Shown here piece by piece: positions 1-13,045 of a stretch of DNA of 64,000 nt (positions within the stretch are counted from its first letter, which is position 1; the number at the start of each line of letters is the position of its first letter). The notes under the pieces are model-generated. The model was given only the letters and a program-made list of their open reading frames with translations. It was not told the DNA's origin and did not search any database. This DNA is from Octopus sinensis (taxonomy: Eukaryota), in the NCBI RefSeq assembly GCF_006345805.1, contig NC_043001.1:12772001-12836000 (forward strand), in the 5' to 3' direction. A program made the translations under genes and the position numbers.

Positions 1-368
1 AACAGTAAAAATATGCAAGATTTTGTATGCGTCAACTACATCCTTGCAGATTTGTTGGAAACTGGCTCCATGGTCAATGGAAGATTTATAATAATAAAAA
101 AAATTGAAAAGACATACATACATATATGTTTCAACCAAGATCGCTGAAAAAGATTTTGGCGGTTTTTGACAATGCAACAACAGTTCAATAATTCACCTAT
201 TGAATCTAGCGAACATACGCATCTAAATACAAAAAAAGAGATGTAAAACGCAGTGAAATGCACCAATTACGGACAAATTGTAATAGTAGAAATGCTTATG
301 AAATATCTAACAATGTAACAATGTCGGAAAATGAAGTCCGAACTCTCATATATACCAATGAATAAGAT

Positions 369-683
369 AAATGTTGATGCAGAGAAAAATAAAAATGCCC
401 ATTAATGAACCTCTGGAAGAGTACAGATGTTGCATATAAATATACTGTGCATACACGGGGAGGGCTGCATTTTTACATTGGGCAAAAGGCTGATTCATTT
501 TAGAGTCGTTATCGTAAACATGTAGCCAGCTTTAAGACAATCAATAAGAGACATTCAACATCTTCGACCGATTTCGTATGGCGACAGAAGGAAGATAAAA
601 ATAAGTACAACATAACCTGGTCCATATTAAGGCTCGCAAAGCCATACAATATCATTTCCGGGAGATACCTATTTATTCTGTAG
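369..683 (+). pseudogene. Penelope-like element GIY-YIG endonuclease remnant
   Basis: One frame with stops: KC*CREK*KCPLMNLWKSTDVAYKYTVHTRGGLHFYIGQKADSF*SRYRKHVASF...WSILRLAKPYN. Matches the PLE CxC..CPL..VY..YIG..RY..H..W.IL..A.PY pattern. Confidence 0.8.
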
Positions 684-1304
684 ACCAATGAGGAGATTAT
701 TAATAAAATTTCTAATACTTACTTACATATAAATGCGCTTTCACGCAATGTAGTGCGAATTAATTTGAGTAGATGTTAAGATAATTTACAATAAGGTATG
801 GATGAATTAAGTTTAATTTCGCCATTCTTATAGCTATTAAAATCGCTTTGTGATCGGGAGTGCACCAACCCATATGTGTGCCTATGCTGACTTTTTGGCG
901 TATGCTTGTATGAACCATGCAACTTGCACCAGGACGTTTGTGCATCCATATCTGTTAACGGTTATTTTCAATACTTTTTCTCGCTGGGTTGCGCGTTCCT
1001 TTCTTTTTGGCATCTGTGGTTTTATTTTTGATCTTCTATGTAAATATAGTTTCTTCCATTTGCTGCTTTTCTCTCTACGAAATGAGAAGATACCTCGTGG
1101 AACACATAATTGAATTAGTTTTATCTATTTTTCTCCCGATGAGACGCAAATGTAGCGCCGGATGCACGTGGGCAAGACGCTAAAAGTTCCACTGGTGGGG
1201 GACCGATGTTTGATGCATCGAAACCATTACCGTGTTAATAATACAAATTGTCGTATATTTCATCTTCCGCCTTTCATTTACCTTATACATGCACACACAC
1301 GCAC

Positions 1305-1306
<2 letters not shown>

Positions 1307-1354
<48 letters not shown>

Positions 1355-1398
1355 GTATATATATATATGTATAAATGTATATATATATATATATATAA

Positions 1399-1430
<32 letters not shown>

Positions 1431-1540
1431 AATATATATATAAATATATATAAATATATATATATATAAATATATATAAATATATATATATATAAATATA
1501 TATAAATATATATAAATATATTATATATATATGTATATAT
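1307..1540. repeat. (TA)n / (TAAATATA)n microsatellite
   Basis: Direct reading. Confidence 0.97.
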
Positions 1541-1600
1541 ATAGGGAGAGAGATGAGAGACAGAGAGAAGTAGATACAAGTATACATACACACATACATA

Positions 1601-2498
1601 TCCACTGCATATGTAGAAATATGTGGGTGTGCTTGTTTGTTTGTTTGTGGCGTTGTTATCTATCTCCTCTTACATCGCTTTATCGATTTTGATGAAACTT
1701 GACATGTTAGAAGAATTTATATCTGGAAAATTGATGACATACTGTGATTCTTGAAAAATTCGATAATAGGATCCCTAGAATGGACTCTTTATCTACTACA
1801 TATTAAGTAATATATTGTTTTTAAACATCAAGCGAAAATAACACATTCGCTCCTGAAACGGATTCTTATATATATTCAAGAGAAATAACCCATTCATGTT
1901 TGAAAATTAGTTCGTTTAAATCAAATTGAGTATGCTCCATCCTTAGTATATGAACTATTTCAGTTATTATCGCAATTCATCAATTACAACGCATAAACAA
2001 GTAAATATTATTTTCCTAAACAATAGATTCACTTATTTCGCTTAGTGACTTATGCATGAATTTACCAACACTAACGCCGCTAAGGGTAATATTCTCTGAG
2101 AACACACAAAAGCCCTTTTCAGAGTTATATACTTTGAATTATTATTATCTCATATCTAATTAGCCTGCTATTACGTAACATGCTTCACGATTTTAGCATA
2201 CATGCCTTATTGGTGTTTCCTCCTAAGTTCTATATTCTCTCGGAATGTATTAAAGCCCTTTTCGGGGTTACTTTAATTTAATTCTTTCTATTAGATAATT
2301 AATTCATGTTATTACATAACTGACTTCATAATTTGCATATTGATAACTTATTAGGAATTCCTAAAAACAAGATCCTGTGTAAGACACTTCGGTATTCAAA
2401 ATAAATGCGCAAAAACCGTTTCAAGGGCTACACGCGTTGTATTGTTGTTTCTGGGTTAGCGAAACAATTATGAGAACAGAACCGGGTACGTCAGCTAG
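1601..2498 (+). mobile_element. Candidate non-autonomous Helitron-like element
   Basis: A|TC start, (TTTG)n then ATCGATTTTGATGAAACTTG motif, end ACCGGGTACGTCAGCTAG|T. Joining the two ends into one element is inferred. Confidence 0.45.
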
Positions 2499-2550
2499 TA
2501 TATGCATATATGCATATATATCCATAGGTATACATACATATTTATTTGTG

Positions 2551-2586
<36 letters not shown>

Positions 2587-2897
2587 CACATATATATATA
2601 TATACACATGCACACAGATGAGTGTGTTTATATATTGCGGACGGCGACTGTTGATACAGTTACCCATATTCATGGCCCACAGTTGTCCTCTCTCCTCAAT
2701 TAAGCTCTTCACATCTATAGAATTGTTGAGGTTTGAGTGTATTTCCAATACTCATACCGAGTTCTGGTCAAGTTTATTTTGTGAATGTAGACCAACCTTT
2801 TGAGGCGGAAACAATTTTACATATTGACAAATCAGGAATTTATAATTAATGCTATCTGGTAAAGTCTGTATGCCTGTATCTCGCTTTGCATATCTCG

Positions 2898-2917
2898 TAT
2901 GTATGTATGCATGTATG

Positions 2918-2949
<32 letters not shown>

Positions 2950-3041
2950 TGTATCTATATATCTCTCTATCTACATATTTATCTATCTGTCAATCTGCTC
3001 GTCTATACATCTAACTATCAATATATCTATCTATGTATCCG

Positions 3042-3074
<33 letters not shown>

Positions 3075-3095
3075 ATATATATATATATATATATT
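2898..3095. repeat. Compound (GTAT)n/(CT)n/(TA)n microsatellite
   Basis: Direct reading. Confidence 0.95.
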
Positions 3096-3729
3096 ATATT
3101 GAGGGTACTACTATTCGTAGATACCAACACGCTAAGAGGGACCAATGTGGTCAAAACTACTAAAAATAAACAAAATTTTACCGAATGCAAAACTTCAAAA
3201 CACATCATTTTAAAAAAGAATTCAGTTACATATCACATGTGATTTCGCATTTAATGCAGAATATGCATTTCATGTTCGTCAGTGCAACAAACTCAAGAAA
3301 TATAAGGAAAAACATAACATTACAAACTCGATAGCCAACCGTAGAATTCGTCGTAGCTTGTACGAATGTTTATCTTTACATATCTATGAAAATGGCGGCT
3401 TATTCGCAATGCATTTCGGTACCAAATTGCCTAGTCGGAATAAAAATTCAGTATTGAACTATTCCGGTGAAAAATATAAATTAACAATTGAGGATAAAAT
3501 CTTTAAAAGAAATTATCAGTAGTCAGCGTGAAAAACCTCGTAAGAGAAAAAATCCGTAAATTCTTCCTCTTTGAAATATTCATGAGGATACTACTATTCG
3601 TAGATACCAACACGCTAAGAGGGACCAATGTGGTCAAAACTACTAAAATAAAATTTACGGATTTTTCTTTACGAGGTTTTTCATGCTGACTACTGATAAT
3701 TTCTTTAAAGATTTTATCCTCAATTGTTA

Positions 3730-3762
<33 letters not shown>

Positions 3763-3767
<5 letters not shown>

Positions 3768-4410
3768 AAGCGAGACCTGGACGCTATACACACGCCAAGA
3801 GCGTCGCCTAAACATCTTTCGCCTGCGCTGCCTCCGAAAAATCCTCCACATCAAATGGCAGAATCATATCCCCAACAAAGATGTCCTCAGGCAAGCAGGA
3901 ATACCAAGCATGTTTGCATCCTCACACAAGACGTATGAGATGGCTTTGGGCATGTTAGCCGTATGAAAGATGGCAGAATCCGCAAGGACATACTCTACGG
4001 AGAGCTTGCTAGGGGTACTAGGTCTGTGGGTAGACCGATCTTACGTTACAAGGATGTTTGCAAAAGGGATATGAAGGCCTGCAACATCAACATTAGCGGT
4101 GGGAGGCAGTCGCCGGCAACCGTGGAGAATGGCGACGTACAGTAAAAGAGGGTATACAGAGGAGTGACAGAAAGAGAGAGGAGAAATGGAAAGAAAGGAA
4201 GAGACATAAACAAGAGACCATGGCACTACAACAGCCAGGAACAGTCTTCGCTACATTTGCAGTAACTGCCAGAGGGAGTGTTTGTCCAGGATAGGACTAC
4301 ACAGCACAGCAAGAAATGTAACAGGAAATAAAATATAACAGCCGGACTAGACCTAGAAAAAAAAAAAAAAAAATGCGCAACTCCATTGTCTCCGAGACAG
4401 ACAGAAAGGA
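3763..4410 (+). mobile_element. 5'-truncated RTE (BovB-like) LINE, frameshifted ORF C-terminus plus 3' UTR
   Basis: YGSETWTLYTRQERRLNIFRLRCLRKILHIKWQ; MKDGRIRKDILYGELARGTRSVGRPILRYKDVCKRDMK; Zn-finger-like CSNCQRECLSRIGLHSHSKKC; 3' end CCATTGTCTCCGAGACAGACAGAAGGATGCC(AATAC)n. Confidence 0.92.
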
Positions 4411-4425
4411 TGCCAATACAATACA

Positions 4426-4488
<63 letters not shown>

Positions 4489-5139
4489 GTGTATGTGTTG
4501 TGTATATAATTACATATATATATATACACACACACACATATATAATATACACGCATTCATACCCACACGCACGGAAACGGAATAACAGCCACGGAGATCA
4601 GAGTGAGGGAGGAGACTCTGATGCATACAATGTGAATTTGGGAATTTCAATATATTTTGAAAACACCATGTGTATGTGTGTGCCTTTGAATGTGTTTGTA
4701 CGTGTGCGTGTGCGTGTGCGTGTGCGTGTGTGTATGTGTGTTCCTCTGTGTGTGTGCGCGTGTGTGTATGTGTATGTGAGTTTTCACAAATGATGCGTAG
4801 ATAACATAGGGTTTACTGGGTGTATTTTCGTCGTTTGAATAACGCTAGATTACGATATTTGTGGATATCTTATTGAATTCTTCCGCCTAGGAACAGAGAA
4901 TTGAGACACATAGAGACAGCACTCATTTCACATTTTATCTCAATGCACTTCTTCTCTGGATGCATAGAATATGTCATACTTGTTTCTTGTTCTAATATAT
5001 CGCAATATATTGTAATTTGTAAGGATGAAATATCTTCTGTAAAATAGATACATGTAGCTTAAATCATTTCATAGAATGTTCGCAATTGCGTGAAGATAAG
5101 CATTCCGTATGCATACAAAACAGCAAATTTTATATTGTA

Positions 5140-5534
5140 CTAGCAGTATCGCCCGGCGTTGCTCGGGTTTGTAAGGGAAATAACTATATAAGCATTTTTG
5201 GAGAGTTATAGCTAAAAAATAGCAAAAAAATGCATTAAAAATGGAAAAAAATGATGGTAATTTTTTTTAAATCGTTGACTCATGGTAGACATTTTTAGAG
5301 AGTTACTTCCCTTATATAATAGCGAAAAAAATGCATTAGAATGGGAAAAAAATGATGGTATTTTATTTTATCGTAGACTCATCGTAGACGCGCGCTAATA
5401 CCCAGAAGGGCTCGATATAAATCACGACTATAATATACCCGGTTTTGGTTAAATGCACCGCAAAATGTGGGAGTAGTTAAGAATCTAAATCGTAGGAGAC
5501 ATACAGCACACAACCTCTCTTTTATATATAAAGA
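5140..5534 (-). mobile_element. Non-autonomous Helitron
   Basis: Minus strand A|TCTTTATATATAAA ... CCCGAGCAACGCCGGGCGATACTGCTAG|T; GC-rich subterminal hairpin, no TSD. Confidence 0.85.
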
Positions 5535-5689
5535 TGGCCATACCATTTTAATTTTCATAGAAGATTATATTCGGCAAAAGAACCCCATAACTGAGGAACA
5601 CTTTCCCGCCAACAAAACAGAACTTCCAATCTATCTTCGCAGTGTGATCGTAATTGGAGTGTTTGTGTATAAGTCGTATTCCCTCGGTT

Positions 5690-6010
5690 CATGTTCATAG
5701 GTGCAATAGTCTGTGTGAATTAGCTATCGATATACTCGCAAATGAGTGATCACAAGTGTAGTTCTCTAGCAGATTTCTAGGAAGCTGAAAAAGAACTATC
5801 GTAATAATAGGTATTTTTGTGGAATTATGTGCCAGACCTGGTAAAAGTTACCTAGAGTTTTGTAATGGTACAACATGCAGATGTGAAGCCTTGTTTGTGC
5901 TACATACACTTCTCTCATGGCATCGTAGTTTCACGTATACACACAGCCCAAGATATTTGCCAGTGTGTCCAATGTAAGAAGCATTCACATCGTAAAGGTT
6001 AAAATTAATT
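5690..6010 (-). pseudogene. Second degenerate Penelope-type GIY-YIG remnant
   Basis: ASYIGHTGKYLG...LRCHERSV...NKASHLH, and downstream IAPMNMNRG, resemble PLE YIGxTG..L..R..EH and MNxDxG motifs. Confidence 0.5.
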
Positions 6011-6365
6011 TTAGTGTGCAATTTAGTATCTGAAAAATGTAATGATGCTTTATTGCAAAAGCAAATTTGGTGATGCTGTGTTTTCAGATAAAATTTGTGA
6101 ACATTTGTCGAGAGAAATATGTAATATAAAGTATTTAAACTGTGGCGATACAGAAGCTGTTTTGATGTCACATTTTGTAATAAGAACAAAACATTAGTAG
6201 AATAATTGATGTGACTTCACCACTGAATATTATATTGGTTAACGGTTATTTCTTATTTATTCCATGGTGTATTTCATTTCACCGGCACTTTCTTTGTGTA
6301 AGTCAGTAGTTATTATTTAGTCATCTATATACGCAGAGCTAAACTTGTAGTGAAATTCTAGAATA

Positions 6366-6779
6366 GTCTTTTAGTCTTTTAGTCTTTTACTTATTTCAGT
6401 CATTTGACTGCGGCCATGCTGCAGCACCGCCTTTAATCGAGCAACTCGACCCCGGGACTTATTCTTTTGTAAGCCCAGCACTTATTCTATCGGTCTCTTT
6501 TGCCGAACCGCTAAGTGACGGGGACGTAAACACACCAGCATCGGTTGTCAAGCAATGCTAGGGGGACAAACACAGACACACAAACACACACACATATATA
6601 TATACATATATACGACAGGCTTCTTTCAGTTTCCGTCTACCAAATCTACTCACAAGGCTTTGGTCGGCCCGAGGCTATAGTAGAAGACACTTGCCCAAGG
6701 TTTCACGCAGTGGGACTGAACCCGGAACCATGTGGTTGGTAAGCAAGCTAATTACCACACAGCCACTCCTGCGCCTTCA
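6366..6779 (-). mobile_element. SINE family A (tRNA-like head, internal (TA)n(TG)n, (GTAAAAGA)n-type tail)
   Basis: Full-length homology to copies at 7501, 8295, 40708 and 63053; B-box-like GGGTTCAGTCCC. Confidence 0.9.
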
Positions 6780-7387
6780 TATAGTGTATAGAAATCATAT
6801 TTTGGTGAACTCATGTTTCTCTCTCTAATTTTGTTAAGGACCTTTTTCGTAATGCTCCTTATTGTAAGACTACAGAGAGTAACGATGGGTAAATATCGCA
6901 CAGACAAGCGCGAAGGAAAACATCGGCTCTAGAAATATGAAGTGTTCCAGATTACGCTTAATTTCTAAGCTATATTTGTTGTTTGAAATAAGTTCAGCTA
7001 TTGCCTAGCAATTGGGTTTTTTTCAGCGTTGTTGTTATCAACAGCTACAAATTGCTATATAAATCACATGAGGTTGAGGATAGCGAAGTATAGCACAATC
7101 TGAAAGCATCAGAACGTAATGAAGTAAATTAAGTGTGGGCAGTCTTCATTTCCAAAATTTTTGTAAAATCCATGCCCTCGTCCGATGCATATATAAATGC
7201 GTACAATGGCATATATACGCGCACGCATACATACACAAGCACACAAGTACGCACACACATATACACATACGCATGCGCACACATTTATATTAATATAAAT
7301 ATATATATACACACACACACATTCTGTATATCTGTTTCTCGGAGTATTTGTGTATTGAAGAAGCATTCATCATGGAAATTTTCCAAA

Positions 7388-7433
7388 GACACCTGATGAA
7401 GGCTGGAGGATATATCAGCCGAAACGTTGTGCT
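7388..7433 (+). ncRNA. Minimal type I hammerhead ribozyme (family F), core intact
   Basis: GACAC-CUGAUGA-A-GGCUG(gaggauauau)CAGCC-GAAAC-GUU/GUGCU. Confidence 0.7.
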
Positions 7434-7500
7434 AACAACACACAAGATCAGGACAAATATCCGTCAAATGTAAATAATGTAAATAATGTACATAATTCCT

Positions 7501-7679
7501 CAGGAGTTGCTGTGTGGTAAGTAGCTTGCTTACCAGCCATATGGTTCCGGGTTCAGTCCCACTGCATGGGACCTTGGGCAAATGTCCTCTATTATAGCCT
7601 CGGGCCGACCAAATCCTGGTGAATTGATTTGGTAGACGGAAACGGAAAGAAGCCCATCGTATATATGTATATATATATG

Positions 7680-7735
<56 letters not shown>

Positions 7736-7966
7736 AGCGTGTATCTATGTTTGTGTGTCTGTGTTTGTCCCCTAACATCTCTTGAGAATCGATGCTGGTG
7801 TGTTTACGTCCCCGTAACTTAGCGGTTCGGCAAAAGATACCGACATAATAAGTACTAGGCTTCCAAAGAATAAGTCCTACGATCGATTTGCTCGACTAAA
7901 GGTGATGCTCCAGCATGGCCACACTCAAATGACTGAAACAAGTAAAAGAGTAAAAGAGTAAAGAGT
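7501..7966 (+). mobile_element. SINE family A, full length
   Basis: Head CAGGAGTTGCTGTGTGGTAAG through tail (GTAAAAGA)n. Confidence 0.9.
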
Positions 7967-8294
7967 ATCTCTTAAATATAGAACTGCATTCATAATGGTT
8001 CCAAATTTTGGCACACGGCTTACAATTTGAGTAGAGGAAGGTAGTGCTCAACTGGTATTTATTTTATGAATTACGAAAGGATGAGAGACAACGTCGACGT
8101 CGGTGGAATTTGAACTGTGAACATAAAGACTAAAGAAATCCGCTGGGTAGTTCGCCTCTGTTTGCTGACGTCTTTGCCTGAATTGTCTGTCAGAGTCAAA
8201 ACATAAAACGAATATAGTAAATGCAAACATCGATACATCTCTGTCAGAGTCCAAATAAGGAAGCTGTGGAAAAGGTAGAATCATGAATCATCTA

Positions 8295-8680
8295 AGTTAG
8301 TGGTTCCAATCACATGGTTCTGGGTTCAATCCCACTGCGTGGCACCTTGGCAATTGTCTTCTACTATAGCCTGGGGCCGACCAAAACCTTGTGAGTGGAA
8401 ACTGAAAGAAGCCTGCCGTATATACGTATATATATATATATCTGTGTGTGTGTGTATGTTTGTGTGTCTGTGTTTCCCCCCCCCCAAGAAAAAACATCGC
8501 TTGACAACCGATGCTGATGTATTTACGTCCCCGTAACTTAGCAGTTCCTCAAAAGAGACCGATAGAATAAGTACTAGGCTTACAAAGAATAAGTCCCCGA
8601 GGTCGATTTGTTCGACTAAAAGGCGGTGCTCCAGCATGGTGTCATTCAAATGACTGAAACAAGTAAAAGAGTAAAAGAAT
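8295..8680 (+). mobile_element. SINE family A, 5'-degenerate
   Basis: Homologous body and tail. Confidence 0.88.
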
Positions 8681-9444
8681 AATGAATCCATTATTTTGTT
8701 GTTTTTACATGAATTTCAACCTCAATATTGCCCCCAACTTTCTTGGACATTTTCACCCCCACCCAAAGGGGTCAAAGCAGCTCAGTTTGGAAACCACTGA
8801 GTTAAAGGAAGACAGAAAACCAGCGCCAAGGATGTAAGAGTTGCATGGTTCAACTGTGTCGGTAAATGGGACCATTCGGATTTTAGCCAAGTGTATCAAT
8901 GTCCAGTCACAGAAAAGTGATATAAACTCGAGCCCGAGGCTTTGATTCTGAATCGCAACCACAATCTCGTGATAGGGATGCCAACGACCAAGCCATTAAA
9001 CAAGGTGCAGACGCACACACAATCACACACACCCGCGTACATGTACATGTGTGTTTATATACATAAATAAGGTAATTACCGACAGAGTAAGTTGTGTAAA
9101 TAAAGATAGAAAATTTTCTTGAAAACAAATTATGCCCTTATGAGCCCTTAGAGATTCTATGGAAATGATGTATCTAAATACATTACGAAATGCTTGAGTT
9201 CCACACATATTCGCCTTACCGAGAATAAAACGACTATCGTTGCATTGATGTTTCATATATTTCATTCCATGCAATTTTAAACTAAAAAAAATGTGAGGAA
9301 AACCATTTTCCGTTCCCAAGATACGCACATGGAAGATAGCATGTGATGAGGAGTATCGGAATTCTAAAATCGTTTTCCTGAAATAATATTTCAAATATTA
9401 CAGAACTTAATGAGAAAACGTAATATCAGGAACACTTCTGCATG

Positions 9445-9795
9445 ATACAAACATACACACATATATATGCATATATATGTATATATATATGTATATATAT
9501 ATGTATATATATATGTATATATATATGTATATATATATGTATATATATATATTTATGAATGTATACGTATGTATGTATATATATATGTATATAATATATA
9601 TATATATATGCCAGTGTGTGTGTAAAAGTATATATATACATATGTATATATGTATGTATACATAGACATATATTTGTATATAAATATGTTTGTATATATA
9701 TATATATACATACAAATATGTACGTGTGGATGCATATATATATTTATATGCATATCTATCTATCTTTCTTTGTCTGTCTGTATGTATGTATGTAT
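9445..9795. repeat. (TA)n/(TATATG)n compound microsatellite
   Basis: Direct reading. Confidence 0.93.
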
Positions 9796-10173
9796 GTGTT
9801 TTATGGAGGGATGAATAGATGGGCACAGAGGGGTTATTTTGATGATAGAAAAAATAATAAGAGAATGCGATTGAAAAAGGATTCGTTTTTCCTGTTTTTT
9901 TATTTTTTATTTTTTAAAAAATCAAAAGAATTTAAGAAAATAAAGATGTGTAGGCTGCCATACCTAATTTTACCTAGCAACAACTTTGGTCCTCGATTCT
10001 CTGTTTCATTCTCTGAGCGTATATTCGCTTCATGTATTCTACGAGAGCCATAATAGTTTGGCGGAAGCAGAGATAAATATTATGTGCCGTCGTGTGCGTG
10101 TTTGTGCCCGTGTCTCCATGTGTCTTTGCCTGCTTGTGTATGTATGTATATATGTATATGTATATGTATGTAC

Positions 10174-10239
<66 letters not shown>

Positions 10240-10623
10240 AAATTAATACTTCAAATACACCGTAAATGGTATTTACATACCGAATACTGCTTGGTCGAAT
10301 TTATTAACAATTAATTAATTCTACCCCTTTTTTGATGACTATATATATATATATATATATATGCATATATATGTATATATATGTATATATATATATATGG
10401 CGGTTTTTTTGACTATTTATTAAATTTTATGTATTGATTAAGTCTTTCCTTGTTTGTTTTGCAAAATAGTGGTTTTGTCTCAAATAATATTTTATATATA
10501 TATATATTATATATATATATATAGGCATATATATGCATATATATGTATATATATATATATATATATATGCACATATATGTATATATATATATATATATAT
10601 GCACATATATGTATATATATATT

Positions 10624-10674
<51 letters not shown>

Positions 10675-11212
10675 TACACATATATATGTATGTGTTAAAG
10701 TGATGAATTGGCCTGTTCCGTGAGATATGCCTGGCGACGCTTTCCTTCCATATGATTGAATATCGTTCTAGTAATATTTTCGAATTATCTCGGAAAGAGA
10801 ACGAGCTTGTATAATGCTGTAGAGGTGTCACATTTTACATGTTGACAAACCTCGCAACAAAGAAATGAACGCATATATGTGTATATTGGTGTGGTAGTTT
10901 TAACGAATATTTACATTTATAACGACATTCTGCATTTTTTCTGAAGTGACAGCGTTTTTTTCTCTCCAGAAAATATTAATTGAAGGAACCGATAATAACA
11001 CCGCCCTCAATGTAAATGGATAGGTCCTGAAAGCGTTAATCTTGGTCTGTGCATTTTCGAAAACGTATGAGTTTCTTAGTTGTGATTGTGTACCATAAAA
11101 TAAGGAGCAACATATTGCCCTTATTTGCGTTACTCGTGTTACAAATATTTGTATGCTTCTTGTCAATTTTACATTGGTTGATTCTATTCATATTATTATT
11201 AAAATTATTAAA

Positions 11213-11245
<33 letters not shown>

Positions 11246-11712
11246 ATTATTGAGTGAGAGAGCAGTACATGCCATCAAAGTGACACTGGGGTAAAATATA
11301 CGAAGCCCAATATACCCATCATGACTACCCGTCAGATAAGGGTACACTAGGCACATGCATCACAACCATATGTGCGCGACACGGTGATCTCATATCAAGA
11401 TAAACAGCGCATGACCTTGCAGGTGGGACCCAGTTAGAATTTTTTTCTGGTCGAGTAACCCATCTCGCTCAAAAGGTCCCTGAATAAGGGTTGTTTAAAG
11501 ATGTTGAACTGACCACCCATGTTTCCAAAGGTGGGTTATCCAAACCTCTAAGAATTCCTTTCAACACATGGCTATGATGCTCCCCCACTACTTCTGCTCG
11601 TCATCAGAAATGCACATATCGTTAGCCACTAAGGGACATACTCAACTGGTTACGGTCAAACAACTGACAAGCAAATCTGTTGTATTGAGCAGAATATTTG
11701 CTGTAGCCCATC

Positions 11713-11716
<4 letters not shown>
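11213..11716 (-). mobile_element. Unclassified retroposon-like repeat (family E) with (AAT)n tail
   Basis: About 460 bp GC-richer non-coding block ending CTCTCTCACTC(AAT)n on the minus strand. Single copy here, so family status is not shown in the window. Confidence 0.55.
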
Positions 11717-11776
<60 letters not shown>

Positions 11777-12161
11777 TTTATTCAGTAGTTATATTTTTAT
11801 AGCGTACTTTCACTTCACTACCGAGCGCAGCTCTGTGTGCCTTGGGTATGTGCTGTGGTTTGCTGTGATGCTCTTATGGTTACTGTATTGCAAGTGTTTT
11901 GCGTAGGATGTGTGCAGTGCGCAGTAGTGCAATTTTCTGTATGTTATGTATATTTGTAAGTCCTGGTGTTTTTGTTATGTATTTGTCTGAATATTTTTTT
12001 ATCATGCCTAATGCACCTACTATGATAGGAATTGCTTCTGTTTTTAGATTCTACATTCGAGTCACCTCTATTTCCAGGTCTTTGCATTTTAAAAGTTTCC
12101 CCATTTCTTTTAGAGAAACTTTGCCATCTGCTGGTATTGATATATCATTTAGAAAGCATTT
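11716..12161 (-). mobile_element. 5'-truncated R4/Dong-clade non-LTR element (restriction-like endonuclease C-terminus plus 3' UTR)
   Basis: 12161->11880 translates KCFLNDISIPADGKVSLKEMGKLLKCKDLEIEVTRM*NLKTEAIPIIVGALGMIKK...IQKIALLRTAHILRKTLAIQ*; flanked by (AAT)n on both sides. Confidence 0.85.
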
Positions 12162-12170
12162 TATTATTAC

Positions 12171-12215
<45 letters not shown>

Positions 12216-12218
12216 GAC

Positions 12219-12251
<33 letters not shown>

Positions 12252-12751
12252 TGTCATCGCCGTCGTTATCACCGTCATCGTTATCATCATCGATACAATT
12301 ATTACTATTGTTATTATAACCCTCGATATTTTTCTGCTAACTGTTATTATAACCATTGTCCTCATAGATTCTGTTGTAGAATATAAAAAATACTAATTCA
12401 CTAGAATTGTAGAAACCAAATATATAGAGACAAGGTCATTACATCGCTATCAATGTTGTTTTGTGGACGAATATATTTCTGCACTATTCTTAGCCTTAAT
12501 GATTGTCTTGGCTTTAATTAACTGATTTATAGTGTCTTGGCAGGGTTTTTGCTGGCACAGATGATGCAAGTTTTATATAGAAAGACATCAAACGAGGATG
12601 GAAAAGACATACATTAAATTCTTTTCTTGAATATATTTTTTTATCTTACGAGAATACATATGCACTCTAAACTTGAATGGATTGAAAAAGATAGTCAAAA
12701 GAGCACACATACAAACACAGAAAAATGCACACAGATATGTACACACACACG

Positions 12752-12786
<35 letters not shown>

Positions 12787-12794
12787 TTAGAAAT

Positions 12795-12806
12795 AGATAA
12801 ATAGAG

Positions 12807-12846
<40 letters not shown>

Positions 12847-12965
12847 GAAATATAGATAGATAGAGAAAGATAGATAGATAGAGAAATATAGATAGAGAAA
12901 GATAGATAGATAGACATTCATAGAGACAGACAGACAGACTGACAGACAGACAGACATATAGATAA

Positions 12966-13045
<80 letters not shown>
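12795..13045. repeat. (GATA)n/(GACA)n microsatellite
   Basis: Direct reading. Confidence 0.97.

Larger units (their letters stand above)
7374..7986 (+). mobile_element. Family F 3' tail, interrupted by a family A SINE
   Basis: Tail ...ATAATTCCTC stops at about 7500 and resumes ATCTCTTAAATATAGAACTG at about 7967. Confidence 0.85.

Noticed and set aside
1180-1605. Many IY/YI-rich ORFs here and across the window
   Set aside because: (TA)n tracts lack stop codons in these frames.
2105-2380. Old tandem duplication of about 145 bp
   Set aside because: Highly diverged, inside the candidate Helitron; nothing beyond ordinary internal duplication.
8720-8800. hAT-like TIR end CAGTTTGGAAACCACTG (similar hints at 23634, 24356, 55553)
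   Set aside because: No confidently paired end or 8-bp TSD.
9333-9385. Hammerhead-like GTGATGAG...AAAATCGTTTT
   Set aside because: Core positions C3 and G12 are wrong and stem I does not pair.
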